Part shown: positions 10,175-17,469 of the stretch, one piece after another
Numbering within the stretch: position 1 is the stretch's first letter
Layout: the number at the start of each line of letters is the position of its first letter
Assembly (NCBI GenBank): GCA_018062705.1
Contig: JAGORQ010000002.1
Coordinates: 7,450-71,449 of the forward strand
Direction of reading: 5' to 3'
From: Candidatus Shapirobacteria bacterium
Lineage (GTDB): Bacteria > Patescibacteriota > Microgenomatia > UBA12405
DNA: 64,000 nucleotides
Position numbers and translations under genes: made by a program
Notes under the pieces: generated by a model
The model's database searches: none
Seen by the model: the letters and a program-made list of their open reading frames with translations, nothing else
Told to the model about the DNA's origin: nothing

Positions 10175-10217
10175 TCCCCTTGCCCTGTCAAGGGAAAGGG
10201 CTAGGGTTAGGGTTTTA
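10175..10217. repeat. R3 hairpin family (degenerate copy) in 5' UTR of the rpmJ operon
   Basis: tccccttgccctgtcaagggaaagggctagggttagggtttta. Confidence 0.6.
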
Positions 10218-10219
10218 AT

Positions 10220-10333
10220 ATGAAGGTCAAATCAAGCATCAAACGTCGCTGCAAAAACTGTCAAGTCGTTATTCGTAACGGAGTTAGACGGATTATTTGT
10301 TCCACCAAAAAACATACCCAAAAACAGGGTTAA
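10220..10333 (+). CDS. rpmJ: 50S ribosomal protein L36
   Basis: MKVKSSIKRRCKNCQVVIRNGVRRIICSTKKHTQKQG, 37 aa; below the track's 60-aa cutoff, found by hand. Confidence 0.9.
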   Translation: MKVKSSIKRRCKNCQVVIRNGVRRIICSTKKHTQKQG

Positions 10334-10339
10334 TTTTCC

Positions 10340-10756
10340 ATGAGAATCTCAGGTGTCGAAATCCCCGATAATGAAAGAGCCGAAGTCAGTTTGACTCGCT
10401 TTTATGGTATCGGTCCCAAAAACGTTATTGCCTTAGCCAAGGCCGCCAAAATCGACCTCAACACTCGTACCAAGGATTTTTCCCGCGACGATATTGGTAA
10501 TTTAATGAAAGCTATCGAAGAATTCAAAGTTGAAGGCGATCTGAAGAAAGAAGTCCGCGAAAATATTGATCGTCTCAAGGCTATTAAATGTTATCGTGGT
10601 ATCCGCCACATTGTTTCCCTTCCAGCTCGTGGTCAACGCACCAAAAGTAATGCTCGTACTCGCAAGGGTAAGAAGAAAACTGTCGGTTCATTAACCAAAG
10701 AAGCCTGGGCAAAAATCGAAGCTCAACAAAAAGCAGCTACTATTGCCAAAAAATAA
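10340..10756 (+). CDS. rpsM: 30S ribosomal protein S13
   Basis: MRISGVEIPDNERAEVSLTRFYGIGPKN... Confidence 0.92.
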   Translation: MRISGVEIPDNERAEVSLTRFYGIGPKNVIALAKAAKIDLNTRTKDFSRDDIGNLMKAIEEFKVEGDLKKEVRENIDRLKAIKCYRGIRHIVSLPARGQRTKSNARTRKGKKKTVGSLTKEAWAKIEAQQKAATIAKK

Positions 10757-10762
10757 AATCAC

Positions 10763-11176
10763 ATGACAGAAGAAATCAAAAAAACCACCAAATCAAAAGT
10801 TCCTTCAAAGAAGAAGGTAGTTAAGAGCATTGCCGAGGCCACTCTTACCGTCAAATCTAGTTTCAACAATACCATTGTTACTGTTTCCGACATGAAAGGA
10901 AACACTCTCACTTGGTCTTCAGCTGGTCATGCTGGATTCAAGGGTGCCCGCAAGTCCACCCCGTATGCCGCTACCACCGCCATCGAGAAAGCACTCGAGG
11001 CTGCTAGACCCTATGGAATCAAAAAATTGGCTGTATATCTCAAAGGACCCGGTGTTGGTCGCGATGCCGCGCTTCGCTTCCTCCGTGCCAAAAGAGAATA
11101 CGATGTTGACATTATTGCTGATGTCACTCCAATTCCCCACAACGGTCCTCGTCCTTCAAAGGCCCGTAGAGTTTAA
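10763..11176 (+). CDS. rpsK: 30S ribosomal protein S11
   Basis: ...AGHAGFKGARKSTPYAATTAIEKALEAARPYGIK... Confidence 0.92.
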   Translation: MTEEIKKTTKSKVPSKKKVVKSIAEATLTVKSSFNNTIVTVSDMKGNTLTWSSAGHAGFKGARKSTPYAATTAIEKALEAARPYGIKKLAVYLKGPGVGRDAALRFLRAKREYDVDIIADVTPIPHNGPRPSKARRV

Positions 11177-11284
11177 AAATTAAACCATTTAACCATTTTT
11201 CATTTATCATTCAATAAATATTCAAATAACTAAAACCCCCAATGGTTCAATGGTTAAATGAAAAATGATAAATTTTTCTAATTT
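11177..11284. repeat. R1 element, copy 9
   Basis: aaaccatttaaccatttttcatttatcatt...caatggttcaatggttaaatgaaaaatgataaattttt between rpsK and rpsD. Confidence 0.75.
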
Positions 11285-11917
11285 ATGTCAAGAATCACAT
11301 TAGATAGTAAATGCCGACTCTGTCGCGCCGAGGGTTGCAAACTCTATCTCAAAGGTGCTCGCTGTTTGTCAGCCAAGTGTCCAATTGAGAAAAAAGGTGC
11401 AGTTCTCCCCGGTATGCATGGTGCCAAGCGTGTCAAAAAGCCAACCGATTACGGTATTCAGCTTCGTGCCAAGCAAAAAGCCAAACGTATTTACGGCGTC
11501 CAAGAAACTCAGTTCCGCAATTACTTCCTCAAAGCCAAGGCTCTCAAGGGTCTTTTGAGCGACAACTTTTTAGTTCTCCTCGAGCGACGCTTAGACAATG
11601 TGGTTTATCTTGCCGGTTTGGCCGAGTCCCGTTCCCAATCCAAACAACTCATTTCCCATGGTCATGTTTTGGTCAATGGTAAGCGCCTATCAATCGCCTC
11701 ACATTCTCTCAAAGTTAATGATGTCGTCACTTTAGACAAAAAAACCATTGCTCGCACTGCCGATTCAATGAAATTGGTCGAAAAAGACTTCAAAGTCAGC
11801 AGCTGGCTTGAACTAGATAAATCAAAATATACTGTTTCGGTCAAGTCACTGCCTTCAACAGACGACTTCAACCGCAACATTGATATCAATTTAATCATTG
11901 AATATTATTCCCGATAA
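11285..11917 (+). CDS. rpsD: 30S ribosomal protein S4 (zinc-ribbon N-terminus)
   Basis: CRLCRAEGCKLYLKGARCLSAKCP...; S4 domain. Confidence 0.9.
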   Translation: MSRITLDSKCRLCRAEGCKLYLKGARCLSAKCPIEKKGAVLPGMHGAKRVKKPTDYGIQLRAKQKAKRIYGVQETQFRNYFLKAKALKGLLSDNFLVLLERRLDNVVYLAGLAESRSQSKQLISHGHVLVNGKRLSIASHSLKVNDVVTLDKKTIARTADSMKLVEKDFKVSSWLELDKSKYTVSVKSLPSTDDFNRNIDINLIIEYYSR

Positions 11918-11931
11918 TAAGGAAACAAAAT

Positions 11932-12849
11932 ATGGTAGATACTAGCAAATTTCATATCAACACTCTCAAAACCAGCGCCACTCATGGTCGGTTCGAGTTG
12001 ACCCCGTTAATTGGTGGTTTCGGTCACACCTTGGGCAACAGTTTGCGTCGCATACTTTTAATAACTATTCCCGGTTCAGCCATCACTAGCATCAAAATAA
12101 CTGGTGCTAACCATCTTTTTACTACCCTACCCGGTGTCAAAGAAGATTTAGTCGATATTTCCCTCAACCTCAAAAAGGTCAAGTTTACCTACAATCAGGA
12201 TGAACCCATGGTTCTCCATCTTCACAAAAAAGGTGCTGGTGTCGTCACTGCCGCCGACATTGAAGATAGTGCTATCTGTAAAGTTGCCAATCCTGATCAA
12301 TTTATTGCCACCTTGGCTGATTCCAAATCCGTTCTCGATATTGAACTCAAAATCGAAAGGGGAGTCGGTTACACTCTCGCCAAAGAACAAAAAACTGATG
12401 TTGTTGGCGAAATCATTCTCGATGCCACCTTCACTCCCGTTGTCAAAGCCAATTACGAAGTTATACCTACCCGTCTGGGCAAAAAAAGTGATTTTGACAA
12501 GTTAATTATGGAAATCTGGACCGATGGTTCAGTTGAGCCATTAACCGCCCTCAAAATTGCCGCCAAAGACATGATCAAATCTCTTAGTCAAATCGTTGAT
12601 CCCAAGGATTTTGATGATGAAGTGGTGACCATTGATAGTAATCCTGTCTCTTCTGGTTCCGACATTTCTATTGAAGAAATTGAACTACCTCTCCGAGTTA
12701 CCAATGCTCTCAAAAAAGCTGGTTACATTACCATTGACAACCTAGTCAAGGGTGGTCGGGCCGATGTCAGCAAATCCAAAAACGTTGGTGAAAAATCACT
12801 CAAAATTATTGATTCATGGTTGAAGGAAAAAGGGTTTAGCTGGAAATAA
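11932..12849 (+). CDS. rpoA: DNA-directed RNA polymerase subunit alpha
   Basis: 305 aa; N-terminal domain plus C-terminal alpha-CTD; after rpsD. Confidence 0.9.
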   Translation: MVDTSKFHINTLKTSATHGRFELTPLIGGFGHTLGNSLRRILLITIPGSAITSIKITGANHLFTTLPGVKEDLVDISLNLKKVKFTYNQDEPMVLHLHKKGAGVVTAADIEDSAICKVANPDQFIATLADSKSVLDIELKIERGVGYTLAKEQKTDVVGEIILDATFTPVVKANYEVIPTRLGKKSDFDKLIMEIWTDGSVEPLTALKIAAKDMIKSLSQIVDPKDFDDEVVTIDSNPVSSGSDISIEEIELPLRVTNALKKAGYITIDNLVKGGRADVSKSKNVGEKSLKIIDSWLKEKGFSWK

Positions 12850-12901
12850 AGTCATCTAACTTGATGAACTTTACAAACTTGATAAACTTTACAAACTTTT
12901 T

Positions 12902-13354
12902 ATGAAACATCGAATTTCCGGCAAGCAACTTGGCCGCAACCATCATGAGCGTCAAGCTCTACTAAAATCTCAAACTCGTTCCATGTTTATTCATGGAGCT
13001 ATCGAGACTACCAATGCTCGTGTCAAGGCCGTCATTTCCAAGGTCGAGCGTTTGGCCAATCATATCATTACCAAACCGGAAATTTTAGTAAAACGTGAGC
13101 TTCAGTCCCTTTTCCAAGATAGAAATATCGCTTCTCAAATCTACTCCACTTTTCGGGGTGTATTTGGTGACCAAACTTTCAACTTTACCAAGGTTCACAA
13201 AGTTAAATTCCGTCAAGGCGATGATGCTTTAATCGTCAAATTTGCCTTTGTTAAGCCCTATTCTCTCAAGATGGCCGAACCTGTCAAAACTGAGGTCGTC
13301 ACCGAAGCACCAAAAAAAGTTACTAAGAAAGCCCCTGCCAAAAAGGCTAAATAA
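12902..13354 (+). CDS. rplQ: 50S ribosomal protein L17 with Lys-rich C-terminal tail
   Basis: MKHRISGKQLGRNHHERQALLKSQ... Confidence 0.9.
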   Translation: MKHRISGKQLGRNHHERQALLKSQTRSMFIHGAIETTNARVKAVISKVERLANHIITKPEILVKRELQSLFQDRNIASQIYSTFRGVFGDQTFNFTKVHKVKFRQGDDALIVKFAFVKPYSLKMAEPVKTEVVTEAPKKVTKKAPAKKAK

Positions 13355-13356
13355 TT

Positions 13357-13779
13357 ATGAATACTAAAACAACCGTAACCAAAGGTAATCACTTCGACCG
13401 CAAATGGCATTTAGTTGACCTTGAGGGTCAAACTCTTGGCCGTGTTTGCGTCAAGATTGCTAATCTTCTTATGGGCAAAAACAAAATTGATTTTTCACCA
13501 AATCGCGATGCTGGTGATTATGTTGTCTGTATCAATGCTGACAAGGTTCAAGTCACTGGTCGCAAAATGACCCAAAAAATCTATTACCACTACACTGGTT
13601 ATGCTGGTAACATGAAAGAATTCACTTTCAAAGCCATGATGGCTCGGAACCCCGCCGAAGTTATTTCTCGCGGAGTCGCTGGCATGATTCCCAAAAATAA
13701 ACTTCGTGCTCCTCGACTCACTCGTTTAAAAGTTTCCTCTGGTGCCACCCACCCCTACAATGACAAATTCACCAACTAA
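13357..13779 (+). CDS. rplM: 50S ribosomal protein L13
   Basis: ...RKWHLVDLEGQTLGRVCVKIANLLMGKNK... Confidence 0.92.
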   Translation: MNTKTTVTKGNHFDRKWHLVDLEGQTLGRVCVKIANLLMGKNKIDFSPNRDAGDYVVCINADKVQVTGRKMTQKIYYHYTGYAGNMKEFTFKAMMARNPAEVISRGVAGMIPKNKLRAPRLTRLKVSSGATHPYNDKFTN

Positions 13780-14182
13780 ATCAACCAAAAAAAATACTTA
13801 CACTTCGGCCGTTGGTCGTCGCAAGTCGGCCATTGCCAACGTCAAGTTATTTAATGGCAAGGGTGAATCCTTGGTCAACAAGCTAGCTTTAGACAAATAT
13901 TTTCCCGGTACTAGCTTCGCTATCCGCTACCGCAAACCATTTGTAATTACCGAAACACTCGACAAATTCTATTACCAAGTCAAAATCGTTGGTGGTGGTA
14001 AATCCGGCCAGCTCGATGCCTTGGTTCTAGCTATTTCTCGTGCTCTCAAAAAATTAAATGCCGATTTTGGTCCCACTCTCCGCAATGCTGGACTCTTAAC
14101 CGTCGACTCTCGTGTTCGTGAACGTCGTATGGTTGGTACTGGTGGCAAGGCGAGACGTCAGAAACAAAGTCCAAAACGTTAA
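13760..14182 (+). CDS. rpsI: 30S ribosomal protein S9
   Basis: ...YTSAVGRRKSAIANVKL...GGKARRQKQSPKR; ATG 13760 is preferred over the track start 13742 (20-nt overlap with rplM). Confidence 0.88.
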   Translation: MTNSPTKSTKKNTYTSAVGRRKSAIANVKLFNGKGESLVNKLALDKYFPGTSFAIRYRKPFVITETLDKFYYQVKIVGGGKSGQLDALVLAISRALKKLNADFGPTLRNAGLLTVDSRVRERRMVGTGGKARRQKQSPKR

Positions 14183-14202
14183 ATCTTCCCTTCAAACTTT
14201 TA

Positions 14203-14230
14203 AAGCCCGCTTTTGCGGGCTTTTATTTGA
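14203..14230 (+). terminator. Rho-independent terminator after rpsI
   Basis: aaagcccgc tttt gcgggc followed by ttttattt. Confidence 0.75.
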
Positions 14231-14269
14231 CCTATATGTCCTATTTGTCCTAGGCTTTATACTAATCCT

Positions 14270-14998
14270 ATGTCCATTCTCCATGCCATCATTCTCTCTC
14301 TTATCCAGGGTATCTCCGAATTCCTCCCTATTTCCTCCACCGGCCATCTGCATTTATTCCAGTATTTTCTAGGCATCACCCCCTCCCTAACTTTCGACAT
14401 TTTTCTCAACACCGCCTCTTTGCTTTCAGTTTTGTTTTTCTTTCGCAACCAAACCAAATACTTCTTCAATAATCTTCTATATATAATCGTTGGCACCATT
14501 CCGGCAGTTTTGGTCGGTTTACTCTTCAAAAGTCAGCTCGAAACCATTTTTGCCAACAATTCGCTTCTTTGGTCCCAGTTCCTATTTTCTGGGATCGCCT
14601 TATTTCTCACTCGCTATATCAAGCCCAAGGATGAAAAAATGACCTTCGGTAAGGCACTAATTATTGGTATCTTCCAGGCCCTGGCCATCATTCCCGCCAT
14701 TTCCCGTTCCGGTTCAACCATCTTTGCTGGACTGCTTCTAGGTCTCAGCCCGCTTGCCGCCTTCAACTTTTCCTTTAGCTTGTTTATTCCTGCTTCCATC
14801 GGTGCACTAGTTCTCGATATCAAAGATTTGGTCAACATGGGTGCCCTTACCCCAGTATTTATCTTTTCCTTCATCCTTACCTTCTTGGTCGGTGTAGTTG
14901 CCCTCTCCTATCTCAAAAAAGTCCTCCTCGGTCGCCATTTCTGGCTATTTGGTATCTACATGCTCCTCCTCTCCCTCTTCTGCTATATAGTCCTATAA
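14270..14998 (+). CDS. uppP: undecaprenyl-diphosphatase
   Basis: GISEFLPISSTGHL hallmark, 8 TM. Confidence 0.9.
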   Translation: MSILHAIILSLIQGISEFLPISSTGHLHLFQYFLGITPSLTFDIFLNTASLLSVLFFFRNQTKYFFNNLLYIIVGTIPAVLVGLLFKSQLETIFANNSLLWSQFLFSGIALFLTRYIKPKDEKMTFGKALIIGIFQALAIIPAISRSGSTIFAGLLLGLSPLAAFNFSFSLFIPASIGALVLDIKDLVNMGALTPVFIFSFILTFLVGVVALSYLKKVLLGRHFWLFGIYMLLLSLFCYIVL

Positions 14999-15000
14999 CA

Positions 15001-15029
15001 TTGACAAAGTGACCATATTTTGCTAGAAT
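15001..15029 (+). promoter_or_regulatory. sigma70-like promoter TTGACA-17-TAGAAT
   Basis: ttgaca 15001-15006, 17-nt spacer, tagaat 15024-15029. Confidence 0.6.
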
Positions 15030-15034
15030 TGTTA

Positions 15035-15180
15035 CGAATAACCAAATCACACAATAGCTGTGTAATCACGGTTATTCATGTTCTTCTGATATTCTTCCGA
15101 CTTAGTCGGAATAAATCAGAAATGCGAATCTGGCTTCGCCAGGTTGCACTTTAAAAAATCGCGGATAGGATCTTCCTTTG
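15035..15180 (+). ncRNA. conserved structured 5' leader, copy A (unclassified candidate cis-regulatory RNA)
   Basis: Hairpins gaataacc...ggttattc, acaca-atagc-tgtgt, ccgac-ttag-tcgg, ctgg-cttcg-ccag, then aaaaaatcgcggatagg; paralogous to 16230-16345 with compensatory stem changes. Confidence 0.5.
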
Positions 15181-15286
15181 AAACTTTGGGCTTACGAATC
15201 TGAAATCGGAGTAATCCAATCAGAACTTCAACCGTTAGGTTGATTTCAGTCAGTAAGTCCAAAATATATTTCAAGAGGAGTTAGAC

Positions 15287-16054
15287 ATGTTAAACAAAGT
15301 GCTCGGCAAGATCGAACGTGGTTATGCCAAGTTTGTGGCGTGGATGATGGTTCTACTCGGAATTCTGGTTCAGTTCCAGCAATTAAATGCGTTAGGTCTG
15401 TTCAAGATTGCCGACTGGTTCGAAAGTGGAATCATCTCGCAAAGTTGGGGAGTTGCCATTGCCAATAAGCTTTACATTCTCGAACAGTTGTTATACCAAC
15501 TGCAAGGGATGATCTCAAGCTTGATGGCTATTTTCGGCTGGTACTCCGCCCGCAGTTTCGCTGGTTGGTTCCTGGTTATCACTGGGTCCGTTCTGCTTAT
15601 CAGCAAAATGAAGGCGACGGACGAAAGTCCCAAACAGGTAAATTACATCTTGGTGACACTCAAGTTTTTCAACTTGTTTGTAGCAGGCGTGCTCGTATTT
15701 GTCTGTTACTTCACTGTCACCATGTTGTATTTTCCTGATTTGGCGTTCTCGGTAGAGAGTATGTGGAACAGTTGGTTCGGAATATTCAACACTCTAGACG
15801 CCATGGTGATCTACTGCCTGGTTGCTCTCGGCTCCGCGAACCTCCTGATTATTGGAGAGTTCTATAAGCAACCAAAAGCCGGTTGGGTAATTTGGTGTTG
15901 CAATATTTTGATGGGCATAATCTGGATTGTTATGGAGACGCCATCGAATGCTGTTTCACTCGACTCTGCCATGATCTTGCTTGTCTTTACCACCGCCTTC
16001 CACACAATTTCTTCACTGACCATCATGTTCACGGGAGCACCGGAAACCAAATAA
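15287..16054 (+). CDS. hypothetical polytopic membrane protein (about 6-7 TM)
   Basis: 255 aa, hydrophobic; SD agaggag 8 nt upstream; preceded by structured leader A. Confidence 0.6.
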   Translation: MLNKVLGKIERGYAKFVAWMMVLLGILVQFQQLNALGLFKIADWFESGIISQSWGVAIANKLYILEQLLYQLQGMISSLMAIFGWYSARSFAGWFLVITGSVLLISKMKATDESPKQVNYILVTLKFFNLFVAGVLVFVCYFTVTMLYFPDLAFSVESMWNSWFGIFNTLDAMVIYCLVALGSANLLIIGEFYKQPKAGWVIWCCNILMGIIWIVMETPSNAVSLDSAMILLVFTTAFHTISSLTIMFTGAPETK

Positions 16055-16066
16055 ATCTATCCGCGC

Positions 16067-16135
16067 CCTCGGCACAAACTGACCTTGGTCTCCCTTCGGG
16101 GAGACCAGCGTTGGTTGTGCTGAGGAAATTTTTAT
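16067..16135 (+). terminator. long imperfect palindrome plus T-run (terminator), paralogous to 17169-17240
   Basis: cctcggcacaa...ggtctcc cttcg gggagacc...ttgtgctgagg aaatttttata. Confidence 0.6.
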
Positions 16136-16197
16136 ACAATTCACACTTATTTATTTGACATTTTTAATCTAGATTTTTGACATTTAGTCTCATAATA

Positions 16198-16226
16198 TTG
16201 AAATATTAGCAATTTATTGCTAAAAT
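16198..16226 (+). promoter_or_regulatory. sigma70-like promoter TTGAAA-17-TAAAAT
   Basis: ttgaaa 16198-16203, 17-nt spacer, taaaat 16221-16226; aligns with promoter A relative to the leader. Confidence 0.45.
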
Positions 16227-16229
16227 AGC

Positions 16230-16345
16230 CGAAATAATCAAACCATACAAACGCTGTATGATGTTGGTTATTTAAGCACTTCCCGATGCTCACTTCGTTC
16301 GTTCGGGATGGTTATCCAGCTTCGCTGGGTAGCACATTAAAAAAT
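16230..16345 (+). ncRNA. conserved structured 5' leader, copy B
   Basis: cataca-aacgc-tgtatg, cccga...tcggg, ccag-cttcg-ctgg, cacattaaaaaatcgcggataggg. Confidence 0.5.
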
Positions 16346-16440
16346 CGCGGATAGGGATTATTTTTGGACTGAAGAATTAGTTTAAACAACAACAATGTTG
16401 TTAACTATCATTCGGTCCAAAAAAGGAGAATTGTAAGAAA

Positions 16441-17160
16441 ATGAATAAGAAATTGTTTTGCGTTTTGATGGCAGGGATCTTATTCCTTGCTGCTTGTGGC
16501 ACACCTGCTACAAGTATCACCCCGACTGTTGCACCAGTTGTGGCAACAGAAACCCCCACCTCAGCCCCAACCCCTACTTTGGAGCCCACCAATACTCCCA
16601 CCCCGGAGCCCCTTTACTTCGAAATGGATCTATATCTAGCTCAAAAGCAGGACAATCAGTGGGGGATTGGTCACACAACAGAAGAGAGGTGTAAAATTAC
16701 ATTGGATGAGGATGGCAGTAATAGTGCTATCAGGAAATTTCTACTGAACTGTCAATATGATACGGAAAATTCTATTAAGTTTCCGTTTTTGGTCCAGGTA
16801 GTTCATAACGCACAGCAATCCATCGAAACAGTCATGGAAACTAGGGTGGAGCAAATAAGTGTGGTCGCCTACGACTGCACCACACTGAGAGACGGTGGGT
16901 TTCAGTCGATTTCGACTCACTTCAACGGCGCCACAACTATTGGCTTCAGTTTGATCGAAGGAAGGGGTGTATTGCATTACGACGATGCGGGCAATTCGGA
17001 GGCGAGTGAAATGGTGAACGCGACAGTTCCGTCTCTTGGTAACAATCAAGCGTATCTGTTCATCTCCTCTGATGCAAGTAACGTGTTTATCCAAATTTGG
17101 GACATCATGTGTAACGAGCAGTTGTTCCAAAAGGAGACAGTCATTATCTCCTATCCCTAG
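16441..17160 (+). CDS. lipoprotein with PT-rich linker, hypothetical
   Basis: MNKKLFCVLMAGILFLAACG lipobox; TPTPEP linker; SD aaaggag. Confidence 0.65.
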   Translation: MNKKLFCVLMAGILFLAACGTPATSITPTVAPVVATETPTSAPTPTLEPTNTPTPEPLYFEMDLYLAQKQDNQWGIGHTTEERCKITLDEDGSNSAIRKFLLNCQYDTENSIKFPFLVQVVHNAQQSIETVMETRVEQISVVAYDCTTLRDGGFQSISTHFNGATTIGFSLIEGRGVLHYDDAGNSEASEMVNATVPSLGNNQAYLFISSDASNVFIQIWDIMCNEQLFQKETVIISYP

Positions 17161-17168
17161 TCCGCACG

Positions 17169-17240
17169 CCTCGGCACAACCCAAAAATTGGGTCTCTCGA
17201 AAGAGAGACCCGATCAATGGATGTGCTGAGGAAATTTTTA
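17169..17240 (+). terminator. long imperfect palindrome plus T-run (terminator), paralog of 16067-16135
   Basis: cctcggcacaac...gggtctctc gaaa gagagaccc...atgtgctgagg aaatttttata. Confidence 0.6.
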
Positions 17241-17293
17241 TAACAACTTACATTATTTTAGAATTTAGGTTTTAGAGTTTAGAGTTTTTTGCC

Positions 17294-17452
17294 TCAAGCC
17301 TCTCCCAGTCTCTTGTTCAACTTATCCCACACAATATCCGTCAGATTATCCAGCGCGCTAATTATCACTTTTCGCTGATGTTTCGGTTTTTTCTTCTCCG
17401 CTTCTTCCAAATCAACTTTCCAGATTACTTCAATTGGTTCCTGAATTTGCAT
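17294..17452 (-). CDS. small hypothetical protein (52 aa), possible operon partner of 17470..18510
   Basis: MQIQEPIEVIWKVDLEEAEKKKPKHQRKVIISALDNLTDIVWDKLNKRLGEA; found by hand, below the track cutoff. Confidence 0.25.
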   Translation of the reverse strand: MQIQEPIEVIWKVDLEEAEKKKPKHQRKVIISALDNLTDIVWDKLNKRLGEA

Positions 17453-17469
17453 TCAATCATTATACCATC

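Noticed and set aside
16067-17240. Integron attC sites / gene cassettes
   Set aside because: The imperfect-palindrome architecture is similar, but the outer arms do not match RYYYAAC/GTTRRRY, there is no intI or attI nearby, and a T-run follows, so a terminator is the simpler reading.
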